Positions 13,831-27,341 of a DNA stretch of 64,000 nucleotides are shown piece after piece. Each line of letters starts with the position of its first letter. Position 1 is the first letter of the stretch. The notes under the pieces are model-generated. The model made no database searches. It had not been told where the DNA came from and saw only the letters and a program-made list of their open reading frames with translations. The translations under genes were made by a program, and so were the position numbers. The DNA comes from Callorhinchus milii (lineage: Eukaryota). Where the stretch lies: the NCBI RefSeq assembly GCF_018977255.1, contig NW_024705115.1, forward strand, positions 1-64,000, given 5' to 3'.

Positions 13831-14644
13831 CAGTGATCACAACTATTTTCCATTTTCATCACTAACCCTCCCTCGAAAGCCTTCCATCTTCACTTAAAGT
13901 GCCAAATTAAATGAGATCACGATCTTCTATCAGATTTCCAGACAGATAGCTTCAATTCAGAACAACTCGCTGTGACCTAAACCTTTTGATTAATTTACTT
14001 GTGTTATTGGGATGTAGAATTTGCAATCACATAAATTGTTCTAAATAAGATCCACTTTGAGTCGAAACTGAAAGAGAAGCAGTTTGAATTCACATAGCAC
14101 AACAACAACTCGGAGTTCTTAAGGTTGCTAGAACTTGATGATGGATCATGGAGAGTCGGGAGGTCATCAAACTACTTGCTACCTTGTGATCATGGTGCCT
14201 TACAAATGCAACTTGTTGCAATTATTTGAGTTTTTGCATCAAGATCGATATATGTGGACGGACCGAGGGAAGGAAAGAAGACCTGAGGTTGAGGGAATAT
14301 CTATGAGTATAGAAAAGTATACGAAAGACCAGGCTTAAAAAGGGTAGGATCAGGGATGGGTAGAAATACGGAAGAACAGCTTGCTGTGATAGCACGAACA
14401 AACGTGGTGTGTGAAATGGCCTCCACTGATCACTGCTGTAAATATCTCTGATTCTTCTGGCACGTTTCCACCTCTGGCTGTTTGTGATTATATGAGACTT
14501 ATGCCGTCTGATCACTGACTCATGGACTAACGACAATAATATTATGAGTTTCAACTTATTTCACTTTGCATACATCACCTAAATTGAACATCATCCGAAA
14601 TAACCTTCTAAAATATCTAACTGACGAAACCTTTTCTGTTTCAG

Positions 14645-14677
14645 GTCCACAAGTCGATAGTCAAGCTAAGGAATTAG
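14645..14677 (+). CDS. Candidate 33-nt linker mini-exon (GPQVDSQAKEL) of the SRCR gene
   Basis: ttttctgtttcag acceptor, gtgaga donor, phase 1-1, no stop. Confidence 0.55.
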   Translation, partial: VHKSIVKLRN

Positions 14678-15322
14678 GTGAGATCATTTTTGATAATTTA
14701 TTCGTTCCGCAGCGCAACATTCACTAAAATACCATTACATCAAAACTATGCTGCCAAGACCAAACTCCGCACTCGCAACACTCCAGCCTCGGCTCATTCT
14801 CCCGACATAAGCGGTGTTAAATATAATGCAAATGTAATTTTCTGCAGCTTTTATACTTGACAGTCTCCTTTGGCTTCCACTAGCAGAACAAATATTTTGA
14901 GCTATCATCATATGATGCAGTAACCGTCCTGCATACACTCCACTCATCAACCAACACCATCTGTCCACTGGCTTCGGCCTCAATGACAACTACTTGCATT
15001 TTGATAGCGGCATTCATGCAGCGTAGCGTCCCAGAGCGCCTGCGACAGCAGTTCCGCGACCGAGAGAAAGAGGGAGGTCGAAGGGAAACTCTTCCTTTAT
15101 TATACAAACGTGTAGTCAAGGAGTGGTTATTGAGGAAAAGTGTTCCAGTGTTTCTGGACAAGCTCTGCCCTGTTATGGGTTCGGAGACACGACGAGATGT
15201 ATTCAAGTTGCGGGAAAAAATCATCACATCAAAAGCAATACCTTGTTGTATTCTTTTATATATGCAGCGCCTTTTTCACGACGGTTTATCGGTGAGAAGC
15301 TCTGCATACATACAAACAACAC

Positions 15323-15644
15323 AGTCCTGGAGCTCAGTGGGTAGAGCACTCGCTTTACAAGCGAGAGAGCTGAGTTCAATTCCACGTAGGGCGAAACCTT
15401 GGGCAAGTTTCCTTACTCCACACGCCTACTAATAATCCCTCCAAATAAACAACAGAAACAATAATAAATTGGTAATTTTCAATCCACTGCTCTTTGTGGG
15501 ACGCTGGTGTGCTCAATTGGCTGCTGCGTTCGCCCACAAATATACAGTTAATGCACTTTACCGTCTATACTGTGAAGCGCTTTGAGACGTAGAGAAGACG
15601 TGAAAAGCGCTATATCAAATGCAAGGATTGTTGTTATTATTATT
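15323..15644 (+). mobile_element. Full-length SINE
   Basis: Head, body and tail. Confidence 0.9.
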
Positions 15645-16338
15645 GTTTAATAAACAAGAAAATACTGTTCTTATTGTGACGATCTATCCCGCAACTTCAA
15701 AACATGGCATCTTGGGTCTGTCCTTGTATTTTTTCTTTGCTTACAATCCTGAATTCAGACGAATATTTCCTCTACTTGTGTGAATTTTAAACTCATATTT
15801 GTGGGAACGCTCAAGGCGATTTATGTCTTCCATGTGATCACGACAACTTTAATATATGCTGACTGATTGCTTCTCTGTGAGAAGTGTGTGAATGGAATCT
15901 AAACTGATCTGCTCCCAGATCCCCTTTTCCCCACCTCATGTCATCTCCTATTTTAACCAACGCATGTAACACACGTTTAATATGCTCGTTCTGTACTTCA
16001 AACCATCTCAAGATTTATACGTTCCTCCAGCCTACTCTCCCACCCAACTATCCACACCTCGATTCCAGTCCACGTTCACCTTTCGGCTTGTATCAATTAT
16101 ACCACATATTAATATGGTCCCACATCCCGCTAAACCAATGAATGTTAGCTGACATGTGGGGACACCTCTATATGCCGCAACTCTTCCAGCGCTTCACAGA
16201 ATTTACTGTTAAGAGCAGTGACTGTGCAGGCAAATGCGGCAGCTGGGTTACCTACAACGAGTATAACTATTATAATTATGATTATCTTGCGTGATTGGAA
16301 TGAAATACAAAGGCGTGTTGCTTGTGTCATTTTTGCAG

Positions 16339-16447
16339 ATCATTTGAGGCTGGTGAGTGGCAGCAGCCCCTGTGCCGGGAGAGTGGAGGTTTACCACGAT
16401 GGGCAATGGGGCACAGTGCACGGTTCTGGCTGGGATCTGAAGGACGG
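16339..16447 (+). pseudogene. Truncated duplicate of the 5' third of SRCR exon 1
   Basis: [36 protein letters not shown], then runs into a second copy of the upstream intron. Confidence 0.85.
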
Positions 16448-16526
16448 GAATTATTATTATAATTATGAGTATCCTGCGTGATTGGAAATCAAATTCAAAT
16501 ACGTGTTGCTGGTGATGTTTTTGCAG

Positions 16527-16850
16527 ATTATTTGAGGCTGGTGAATGGCGGCAGCCCGTGTGCCGGGAGAGTGGAGGTTTACCACGATGGACAATGGGGC
16601 ACAGTGTATGGCTATGGCTCTGGTGGCTATGGTTGGGATATGGCGGACGCGGCTGTGGTGTGTAAGGAGTTGGGCTGTGGAGCCGCGCTGTCAGCATCAG
16701 GAGACGCTCACTTTGGCAAAGGCTCAGGTCCCGTTGTGACGTACAATGTTCAGTGCAGAGCGAGTGAGTCTACTCTGAGGGACTGTTAGTCACAGTCCTG
16801 GAGTCACGGTTCCTTCCCACACGACTATGATGCCGGGGTCATCTGCTCAG
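16527..16850 (+). CDS. SRCR exon 1 (lacks C2/C7; in-frame TAG)
   Basis: [75 protein letters not shown]; 324 nt. Confidence 0.92.
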
Positions 16851-17609
16851 GTAAATAATTTTCTGTCTCCCATCAATTTTTTCAATTCTCATATTTTCGG
16901 TAGACCACAGTTTGAGAAACTCTGATAGAGATTGCATTCCACATGATGTCAGTTTGTCAGTTTTAAATCCCTAGTTTTTTGGGGGGCTCACACCGCCTCC
17001 TTCCGCTCCTCACCACCCCCCAACCTCTCTCCCGCTTCCGCCCACCCTCCAGCCCCCCTCCGTCGTTCAATGTTGATTTTCTTTAACCTCCGTGTTTCTG
17101 CACAACTGTGGCTTCAATCCTTCAATGAAATAAGTTTTCAGCACGGAAGTAAAATATATTTATTTTAAATATATGCGTCCTTAAGATAATAATTAATATT
17201 TAATCCTAGAGAATGCCTCAATCGCCTGGCCAGCACCTCGCCCGGCACCCAACCCCCGGCTAGAGATCAACCACTGTTAAACGGTCCTAGACATGTTACA
17301 TGATTGCAAGTTGTTGTTTTTTAACACATTTTCCCTTTCCCGACCAAAATGTCTCAGATAATACGTAGTAATCAAATGTGACAGTAGATCTTGTGAAGAG
17401 CTTCGAGGCGTCCACCTGTCATAAAAGACTCAATTTAAAAAATGACGATGGTTATAATCTGGAATTAAGTTTGCAAGTGGTAAAAATATAATTTTCTAAC
17501 TGCGGTATGAAGCCTGCGTGCAGGAGTGTTTATTATTTCAACTCAAACGTCTTTCCGTCCTGCCCCTCTAGCACACTTGCTGCGCTGATGATTGCCCCAT
17601 CACCTCCTT

Positions 17610-17900
17610 AATAATAATAGTAATAATAATAATCCTTGCATTTGATATAGCGCTTTTCATGTCAGGAGGACATCCCAAAGCGCTTCACAGAACACACTGT
17701 AAAGTGAATTGACTATATCTGTGGGCGAACGCGGCAGCCAATTGCGCACAGCAATGTCCCACAAACAGTCGTGGATTGCAAATGACCAATTTATTATTAT
17801 TTTCGGTTTTCGAGGGATTATTATTAGGCGCGTGGAATAAGGCAACTTGCCCAAGGTTTCGGCCTCTGCCTGGAATTGAACTCAGATTTCTCGCTTCAAA
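17610..17900 (-). mobile_element. SINE, 5'-truncated
   Basis: Tail and body match. Confidence 0.85.
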
Positions 17901-19011
17901 GTTTTCAGCCCGGAGCTAAAATATATTTAAACCCGCATTGCGTCCTTAAGGTAATAATAAGTATTTCATCCAAGACTGTTGCTTAGTCGCCTGGTCAGAA
18001 CCTTTCATATTTTGTGTCACCCGCCTATGGTTATTCTTCACCATAACTATAATTATAATTGTAATTAAAAAACGATTTTGATTATAATTTGGAATTACAT
18101 TTGTAAATGGTAAAAAAAATCTAACTGGAGCATGTATCCTGCACATAAAAGTGTTTATTATTTCAACTCGAACAGCTTTTCGTCCAACCCGTCAAGTTCA
18201 TTTGCTGTGCTCCTTCGTCCTCCCGTCTCCTCCTTATCCCCTACATCTTCTTGGTGATATATATTGACGCTTGGCCAAAACTGCAAATTATTCCACGAAC
18301 AAAACACAGAATCATTGATCATAATGAATCGTGAGAAGAGCTTTCAGGCTTCACCTCAAAGAGAAAGCCCATGTTTCAGAAATCTCTTTCTCCCCAAAAC
18401 ATTTCCTTTCACAACCGACTGCCTGGACCATAATTTTTTAAGAGCAATATATTGTTCAACTTAGTGTGACATAACCGAAGCCATCCTTTTTGGTTCCCAC
18501 GCGCATCTGTTCATCTCTTTATCTTTGGCTCCGCATATCCACCTCCTTAAGTATAGCATACCGACTTTAGTCTCTTTTCCTCTGTCTTAAATATCGCCTT
18601 CCGTCTATAGCTATTCCCAAAGAATCCGAAAGCTTAATGCGTGTCCTCGTACACAGACGTGATGTCTCCTGTTATTTCCAAACATTCTTTCCCAGCTGAA
18701 CACAAGCTCCACATCATTTATTCCTGCAGGACAGGTTTGTCGCGCACGAATAGATGCATTTTGACCTGTTTTCAGCAGACATATAATTCGATGTAATACT
18801 TTCTGTGATCTCTTGCCTTCTGAAAACAATATCCGCTGCTGGAGTATCCATCACTCCATGCTCATCTGCTGATAAACCTCGGAAAACCCAATGCCTCTCG
18901 CCCGCAGTTTACCATGTGATGGTATTGATAAGGTCTCCGGTTTTGTTGTGTTTTGTTGCATATAGATATTGAAAGTATCCTTGATGGTTATTTATTTTCT
19001 GTAATTGGCAG

Positions 19012-19263
19012 GAACTAAAACTCCCAGACTGGTGAACGGAGGCAGCAGGTGTTCGGGAAGAGTAGAGTTGCACATCATGGAAACTTGGGGTACAGTTTGT
19101 GGAGATACCCTGACCATGGAGATTGCAGAATATATTTGTAAATCTTTGGGATGTGGATTTCCTGCATCAGTATCCGGTGACTCTCGCTTTGGAGAAGGTT
19201 CGGGGTCAGTTATTGGTCGGCCTGACTGCGGACACGAGCGAGATGGTGGCATAATCTGTTCAG
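19012..19263 (+). CDS. SRCR exon 2 (short domain, C5-C6 segment absent)
   Basis: PRLVNGGSRCSGRVEL..WGTVC..ICKSLGCG..GSVIGRPDCGHERDGGIICS; 252 nt in frame. Confidence 0.9.
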
Positions 19264-20023
19264 GTACAGCCTTTCTAAAGGGTCAACATATATTTTATCA
19301 ACACAGGGGCAGTGTTAGAACGATTGTTCTATGTCTGTTTGACTCGTAAATTACTTTTTAAATAAAAAAAGGATTGGTGAAAATCGGCATGGGCGATAGT
19401 ACCAACAAATATCACAATGTGAACAAACCAACTCGTGGTTCAACATAATTCATCAGGTTTTTCTGTCAGGCTCTGCCAGTAATCATAATTTACACAAAGC
19501 ACTTGAAGGGGCAGAAAGATTCCTTCTACACTGTCCATTTCTCAGCCTTACAGAGGTAAAGGGACGCCAATCTTAACAGTAATTATCGCAGAGGTATTCC
19601 TTCTGGGCATTTGGGTAAAATTTTCAAATTCATGCTAAATACAGACAGATTATGAACCGTGTTTATAATCTGTGGTTTCTGTTATTTCCCTGCTCATTCT
19701 GTCAGAGCTTCATTACGCAGCAGTTGCTGTTAAGCCGTTTGGAAAGTAACATTAACATGTATGAATAATCTAGTATTGTGTTGTTTTGAAGCTTGGTAAA
19801 ACACGTGGAGGTATGTTCATATTCCGCATCACTGCCTGAGTCTCTTGAGATGAATAGTCATGTAGGTTTCTGACTCTACACCTGTGATCATTCTTTCAGG
19901 TTTAACCTGTTTGCTGTCTGTAACCAAAGGTTCTGTCAATCACCAATCGCTATGCCTTTCGTTTGTATTGTTAAACTTATTTTTATCATAATAATTCCTG
20001 TTGCGTTAACTCTTCCACTGCAG

Positions 20024-20338
20024 AATATAATTCCCTAAAGTTAGTCGGTGGAAACAACAACTGTTCTGGCACAGTTACGCTGCAGCGCGATTATAAATCA
20101 GGAACCATCTGTAATTATTACTGGGATTTAAAGGACGCCGGTGTTCTCTGCAAGCAACTGGATTGTGGATATGCTTTATCAACTGGTCCTGGAGCACAGA
20201 TTGGGATACTAACAGGTCTTATTTGGAAAACTAACTTCAATTGTATTGGTAACGAGTCTTTGTTGTGGGACTGTCCTGCATCATTCTGGGAGAAGTTCAG
20301 CTGCACACATGACCATGACGTTACTGTTGTATGTTCGG
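20024..20338 (+). CDS. SRCR exon 3 (8 Cys)
   Basis: LKLVGGNNNCSGTV..GTICNYYWDLKDAGVLCKQLDCG..FNCIGNESLLWDCP..FSCTHDHDVTVVCS; 315 nt. Confidence 0.9.
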
Positions 20339-20856
20339 GTGAGTGAAATAATAATACAAATTGCATTTGATATATGGACATACTAAGTCGCTGAGACGTC
20401 TCAAAGCTCTTCACGGAGTAACCTGTAATCTGTGGTTTAGACGAAAAGCCAACAACTATAAATCAGTTGAGACATTCTCTCCCAAGTCAAATACAGTCCC
20501 TTTTNAAAAAAAATGGGCTCTCCGTTTCAGACAGAGCGGTGACCCCTCATTCCCACATTGCAGGCTGGTCCTGTTAAGGCACAATCTCTGCTTTTCAGGC
20601 TGTGACTATTTGCACTGAGCTGCAGGTCTGCGGTCTGCTCTCATGGTACCTTTTATTGCCTGTTGTTTATGTATAGTTTTGGACACTGATAACATCCCAG
20701 TTTGTGAAATTCTTCTTATTCCTACGTTATGGTAGAGTTTTCCGTATCATGATGTCGGTCGTGCTGTCAAATACGAACTGCCATATTTCAGTGATTATCT
20801 TGTCTTCGGCTCTCACACGTTTTCTTTCCGGAAATGTTGATTGAAAATCGTTGCAG

Positions 20857-21171
20857 GAACACAGTGGCACTTGCGGTTAGAGAGCGGTGGGAGCCGCTGT
20901 GATGGGCGAGTGGAGATTTATCATAACGGTACTTGGGGCAGATTGCTGGACGATTCCTGGAATATATCAGATGCCGATGTCATCTGCCGACAGTTGAACT
21001 GTGGCTCTGCCATTTCAGTCTACAACTCTTCCCAGTACGGGGAAGGCAGTGGACCTGTGTGGATCAATAATGTTCAGTGTATGGGAACCGAGACGCACAT
21101 CTGGAACTGCCCACATTCCACAGTGGCTTCATCCTCCGGGAGCAGCCGGGATGTGGGAGTGCTTTGTTCGG
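20857..21171 (+). CDS. SRCR exon 4 (lacks C2/C7)
   Basis: LRLESGGSRCDGRVEIYHNGTWGRLLDDSW..RDVGVLCS; 315 nt. Confidence 0.92.
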
Positions 21172-21658
21172 GTGAGTGCATTTGAGTGATAAATAGAATA
21201 AATGGAATAAATCTTTGTTAATTTTGGCAACACATTGCTAAATAACTTACATTATGCCTCTCCCTCGGTGAGTGTCTCATCTTCATTGATGTAGAAATGT
21301 CCCACCAGTTTGAATTACTCCACCTGTGATGCTGGGACAAGATTATGAACGTCAATGCACAATGAAAGTTCACACATATACATTGAGTATCAATTAATTT
21401 TTTTGGATGACGAATAATATTAAACCGCAAACGATCTCTTTATATCCTAAATAGAAATTTGACATACTGTTTTACTTTGCAACAGGACACAAACAGCTTA
21501 CACTAAACGAATCAAATTGGAAAACATTTCGTACTGGAGTTCAGAGTTCAAGTGAGTGAACGTTTACCAATACTTTTTTATTTCACCAGGAGGTTTTAAA
21601 TAGCATTTTAATTTGGTGCATGTTATGCCTTGAATTAAACTTTCCTCAGTTTCAGCAG

Positions 21659-22015
<357 letters not shown>

Positions 22016-22254
22016 TGATAGGGTGTGAGCTTGGATCAGATTTTAGCACTTTCTCCATTCAGGTAAATGGTATTTGGTTTCAAAGGCCTCATGGAATATT
22101 CTTGGCAAAAGCTAACAATTCAGTGCAGTAATCTTTGCCTCTGATGGTGTTATTACCTGTTCACCTGAGAAAAAATGATCCCATGGGCAATGCTGGAAAA
22201 GGCAAGGATGATTGCCTTTGTGCCGGGGCCAACTATCCTGGCGATGAAACATGT

Positions 22255-22577
22255 GGAGTCCTGTAGATCGGTGGTTAGAGCACTCGCTTTGCAAGTGAGA
22301 GACCTGATTTCAATTCCAGGCAGAGGGCCAAACCTTGCGCAAGTTTCCTTACTCCACACAGAGTCTAATAATAATCCCTCCAAAACCCAAAACAATAATA
22401 AATCGGTCATTTTTCAATCTACGACTGTTTGTGGGACATTGCTATGCGCAATGGTGCCGCGTTTGCCACAAATATACAGTCAATTCACTTTACAGTGCGT
22501 TCTGTGAAGCGCTTTAGGACGCCTCCTGACGTGAAAAGCGCTACATCAAATGCAAGGATTATTATTATTATTATTAT
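22255..22577 (+). mobile_element. Full-length SINE
   Basis: Head, body and tail. Confidence 0.9.
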
Positions 22578-22659
22578 GTTCTATTTGTGGTTAGATGTGG
22601 GATATTGCATGGCAGTATGTGTCTAGATGTTCCGTCACCAGTTAGAAACAGGTGTAAAA

Positions 22660-22975
22660 ATAATAATAATAATCCTTGAATTTGTTAGTGTGCTTTTCAC
22701 GTCGGGAAGACGTCCCAAAGCGCTTCACAGAATGCACTGTAAAGTGAATTGACTGTATATTTGTGGACGAACGCGGCAGCCAATTGCGCACAGCAATGTC
22801 CCACAAACAGTCGTAAATTGAAACTGACCAATTTATTATTGTTTTTGGTTTTGGAGAGATTATTATTAGGCTCTGTGTGGAGTAAGGAAACTTGCCCAAG
22901 ATTTCGCCCTCTGCCTGGGTATGAACTCAGGTCTCTCGCTTCCAAAGCGAGTGCTCTAACCACTGAGTTACAGGA
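22660..22975 (-). mobile_element. Full-length SINE, inverted relative to its neighbour
   Basis: Head, body and tail in reverse complement. Confidence 0.9.
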
Positions 22976-23039
22976 GGAAGATTGACTACGTTGCAGTTGA
23001 GAGATTTCACTTCCATCATAACACCATGTTGCCTCACAG

Positions 23040-23354
23040 AGCACAAGATGCTGCGGCTGGCGAGTGGGCAACATTCCTGCGAGGGGAGAGTGGAAGTGTT
23101 TTACAATGGGACCTGGGGCACAGTCTGCTCGGACTCCATGGGAATGGACGAAGCTGAGGTGATCTGCAAACAGTTAGATTGTGGCCGAGCTCTGGACGTT
23201 GAATATGATGGTAAATTTGACGAAGGATCTGGGCCTATTTGGTTGGATGACATGGAGTGCAATTCAAAGGAATCCTTCCTGTGGCAGTGCTCCTCACGAC
23301 CTTGGGGTGAACATAACTGTGCTCATTCGGATGATGTGGGTGTGATATGTACAG
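23040..23354 (+). CDS. SRCR exon 6 (8 Cys)
   Basis: LRLASGQHSCEGRVEVFYNGTWGTVCSDSM..HNCAHSDDVGVICT; 315 nt. Confidence 0.92.
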
Positions 23355-23629
23355 GTAGTAAAATGTCCCTTAGTTCACATCTCTGATTGAATATTTATTG
23401 TGTTTATGTTTGAACCAGTTTGCTTATCTGATGTATTTTTGATGCAGAGAAAGCTCCGGAAAAAAGGGAGAGGGCAAAACTATGCGATGGGAGATCACCG
23501 GATCATCAGATTCGTTTATCAGGTACTGAATGAAAAATAAATGAATGAACAGAATTTGTATTTGTTATCAAATCATTCACATCAGGTGGAATTCTAAGTG
23601 CGCTTCACATTATCCACTGTAACGTGGTT

Positions 23630-23810
23630 TGACTGCAATGATAATAATCCTTCCATTGGATAATGCGCTTTTCACGTTTTCTTGAATTGTCAAAGCGCTT
23701 CACGGAATTTACTGGAAAGTGAAGCGACTGCACATTTGTGGGCGAAACGCGGCAGACAATTGAGCACAGCGGTGTCCCACAACCAATTGTCGATCTAGTG
23801 ATCAAATTAT
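23630..23810 (-). mobile_element. SINE 3' half
   Basis: Tail match. Confidence 0.7.
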
Positions 23811-24024
23811 TATCACTAATGTTTATTTTTGAAGGTTTATTTATAACAGATCCTGTAAATAATACTTTACATGATAAATTCTATTGATGACAATATGGAA
23901 GAGTGCGTATTTTATTGGTGTGAGTAACTAACATGTGATATGAATACTGTCTATCAATACGTCCTCTCGACGCGAAATTCGCTATACAAATGTAATCTTG
24001 TTGTTGTTGTTGCTGTCTGATCAG

Positions 24025-24336
24025 GACAGGAGTTGCGGTTGGTTGGAGGAAGCAGCATTTGCTCGGGGAGAGTTGAGATACTGAGCAATAACACGTGGGG
24101 GACGGTGTGTGACGACTCCTGGGATATCCGAGAGGCCGGTGTGGTGTGCGGACAGCTGGACTGCGGCCCGGCCGTGCGGGCTGTGGGACAGGCGGGGTTC
24201 GGACAAGGCGCTGGTCAGATATGGCTGGACGAGCTTCACTGCAGAGGAAGCGAATCCTTTCTGTGGGATTGTGTCTCCGCATCCGCGGGTCGCAGCGACT
24301 GCGTTCACAAAGAAGACGCCGGTGTGGTTTGCTCCG
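24025..24336 (+). CDS. SRCR exon 7, membrane-proximal (8 Cys)
   Basis: LRLVGGSSICSGRVEILSNNTWGTVCDDSWD..SDCVHKEDAGVVCS; 312 nt. Confidence 0.92.
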
Positions 24337-24928
24337 GTAGGGATCCGATCTCTCAATGTTCATCGACAAATTTGAGGNTTTTTAAATTATTCTCAACAAA
24401 AGCAGATTAATTCTGACTTCATTTGATGCCAGAAATTGAATGGTTACTGGATTTATGTTGTTCGCGATGTTTTGCAGGTAAACCTCCCAGACCGCCATTC
24501 CCAACCGCATCCTTTGGTAAATAACATAAATACTTGACTTCTTGCTAACACATTGCTTAGCTTTCCTACATATTACCACCAGGTATTGCCATTCATTCGT
24601 AAAAACATTAATATATCCAAACCAGTATATTTGTCAACTAACCTTTCAGTAGTCAACACTTGAGAAATGAACAGACTGTATAACTACATTTTAGAAATTA
24701 ACAGGCGTTTAACTTCAGGAAAAGTGCTGCATCAGTCCAATTTTTCAGATAGTTTGGGCATTATTCTGAATACACTGTGGAACATATCATATCACTGTGC
24801 AATAATTTGCTTCAGATAACGTTCAGTTTAGTGTGAAGCATTTTTCTTTATAGTTTCGAAAGTGTGACTACCACATGTTGTACAACAATAAAATAACATA
24901 TGTTATGTCCTTGACTTGCAAAGTCCAG

Positions 24929-25031
24929 TTGGTCAACATACCTTTCGTGGTCTGCATCGTCCTTGGAATCCTGTTAGCGGTGGTACTGTTTGCACTGATT
25001 GTACAGATGGACAGTAATTCTTCAGGAACAG
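24929..25031 (+). CDS. Transmembrane exon; acceptor ambiguous (24854 or 24929)
   Basis: LVNIPFVVCIVLGILLAVVLFALIVQMDSNSSGT with gtgaga donor in phase 1; neither acceptor gives a clean phase-1 start. Confidence 0.8.
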
Positions 25032-25642
25032 GTGAGACTGGAATCTGATCTCACAGCACTGCCTGGAGCTTCTCTATCAATTCAGATAAAATCCTGTTGA
25101 TGCACGTGTCTGTTTTTGTTAATTTAATACTCTTACCTGTTTTTACCGTCTCGATTTCATTGCCTTTGTTCACGTGTTTCTGTAAACTGGCACAAACTAA
25201 AATTAAAGTCATATACGTTTAAATGCGTAGCTCAAGCACAAACACAGATGCATAAAAAAACCCACCAGACACAATTAGGCCTCAACGGAAACTGAGCGCA
25301 ATAACATATTTTCCATAAAGGATACAAAAAAAATGTAGTTAAACTGACACAAAAACGTAGATACGCAAAGCATCACATATACACAGTTGTATTAACACAC
25401 CAACACACAGAGCTAAGCACATAGTTGTAGGTATCTAAATACAAATGCACAGTCGATTGAAACAAACACTGACAAAAACAAGTACACTGATGAATAACGA
25501 GGCAATAGTGACGATGATATATTGATATTTTCAAATAATAATACTAACATAATATGTTCCAATTATTTACACATCAATTTCAAACTCCACTGTCCAATTT
25601 CAGGTTAATATTTTAATTTCTGTACATGTCAACTTCCAACAG

Positions 25643-25738
25643 AGGAAAAATATCCGTCTGTTCGTTTGTATCAAGCAATTTATGAAGAAATTGAGGATCG
25701 GCCGATCAGAAGAAGAAACTTCGAGGCTGACTCCACTG
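25643..25738 (+). CDS. Cytoplasmic exon 1 (YEEI motif)
   Basis: EKYPSVRLYQAIYEEIEDRPIRRRNFEADST; 96 nt, phase 1-1. Confidence 0.8.
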
Positions 25739-26432
25739 GTACATACTTTACAATCATGTTTATTGCATCCGCATCATTGTACAAAAAGCATCAACATTAG
25801 TATCCCGATTGGTGGCAAATGCAAATGATTGAATGCGCTGTGGATAGGATTTCAAGCTTTTATTCAGAGAACTGAAAAATCCACATCCAGTTGCGTTGTA
25901 TCAATTTACCCACTTAATAGAGATGAAACCTACTCAATACTTCAATTTGTTCGGTCTTTCAATTTTCAAATATTATCACCGATGATTTCTGCATTTACCA
26001 ATTAAATTAAGTTACATTATTTAATTTAATATACAATAAAATAACTGCTAGACAGTGGGTTTTATCACTTCACCAAAACGAATCCTACAGAAATTAATAT
26101 AAGCGATGCTTATTGTGTGTCTGTAGTCCCAGCGAATATCTAAAATAATACCATGTTGTCAAATGTATCATTTGTAACCCAAACAGAGGCAGTATTCAAA
26201 AATCATATTAATATTATTTAACCAACTTGCTCCTGGTATGTTAAAGATATTTCTTCTTGATCAACATCATATTTTTGAGCGGTTGACCATATTTTCATCC
26301 ATGGAAAGTGATCCACGATTTCGGAAAACAACTCTCATTTTTGATACCTTTCTTCGTTTTGATATTGGAGTAGAATTAGGCTCTAAGAACCTCTGTAATG
26401 GGACACTAATGTCATTATTTGCACAGTTTCAG

Positions 26433-26531
26433 GATCCAACGATTCTATCAGTAAACTGGAGTACTACACTGGGGAGAGTGTGAATGGATCTGATGCAGAA
26501 CAAGGAAACGCTGAGGTGTTTCTTCCGAATG
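26433..26531 (+). CDS. Cytoplasmic exon 2
   Basis: SNDSISKLEYYTGESVNGSDAEQGNAEVFLPN; tttcag acceptor, gtgagt donor; 99 nt. Confidence 0.75.
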
Positions 26532-26959
26532 GTGAGTGAGTGAAATAATTATTGTATGCGATACAGCCTCTGATTAATTCGACGAGACGTTTCAAAGCAC
26601 TCCACATATCTTCAGTGTGACTTGTAGTGATTGTGTATCTCCTGATGAACTGGAAAGGCAATTTGTGCGCAAAATATGCACAGTAATCAGGAGGAACGTG
26701 GGGCAACCCTGCAGTATAAGAACTATTTCCCTTTTGAGATTTGCAACATTTAAATTCCAGCTAAACAGGCAAACGGAGCTCAATGCACTGCACTCCCCCA
26801 GTACTGCCTTGAAGAGCTATCCAGAGTGTGATCTTAGTCCCCGAGTGGATTACAATCAGAACCTTCCGACCCAGAGGCTAAAGAGCTCCCAATTTATCCA
26901 GTTTTCACAGTAAAACAAGCTTTAATCTTCAGATAAAGTATCCGAAACGAAATTCAGGA

Positions 26960-27140
26960 CTTTTTCATAGTTCAGGCATAAGATACATTGAGCACCACTG
27001 TGTCCAAATTTGGGTGGATATGGATAGACATTTGGGGAACAAATTTGCAGGAGCGCGGAAGAGTTGGAGTAATTTTGGTCGCTCTTTCAATAGATGGACT
27101 GAATGGCCTCCTTCTGTGCTGTATAATATTATGATATCTG
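26960..27140 (+). mobile_element. Decayed CR1 3' end
   Basis: GATGGACTGAATGGCCTCCTTCTGTGCTGTA tail typical of chondrichthyan CR1. Confidence 0.55.
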
Positions 27141-27194
27141 CCTCCTTTTCCTATCTGAATGTTTGAGTGCGTAAGACTGACTCCCTGTTATCAG

Positions 27195-27341
27195 ATCATC
27201 TTCAGGAAGATTATGATTATGACGACGCTGAGAGCGGAACCTTCCAGATGGCGGACCGGGGCCTCCTCCTGGTCACTGACACACACCCTGATGTCCCCGC
27301 ACTGACCAGTCACACTGTCCAGGAAGCCTCGCTCTGTCAGG
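27195..27341 (+). CDS. Cytoplasmic exon 3 (YDYDDA motif)
   Basis: HLQEDYDYDDAESGTFQMADRG..ASLCQ; gtaaga donor; 147 nt. Confidence 0.8.
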
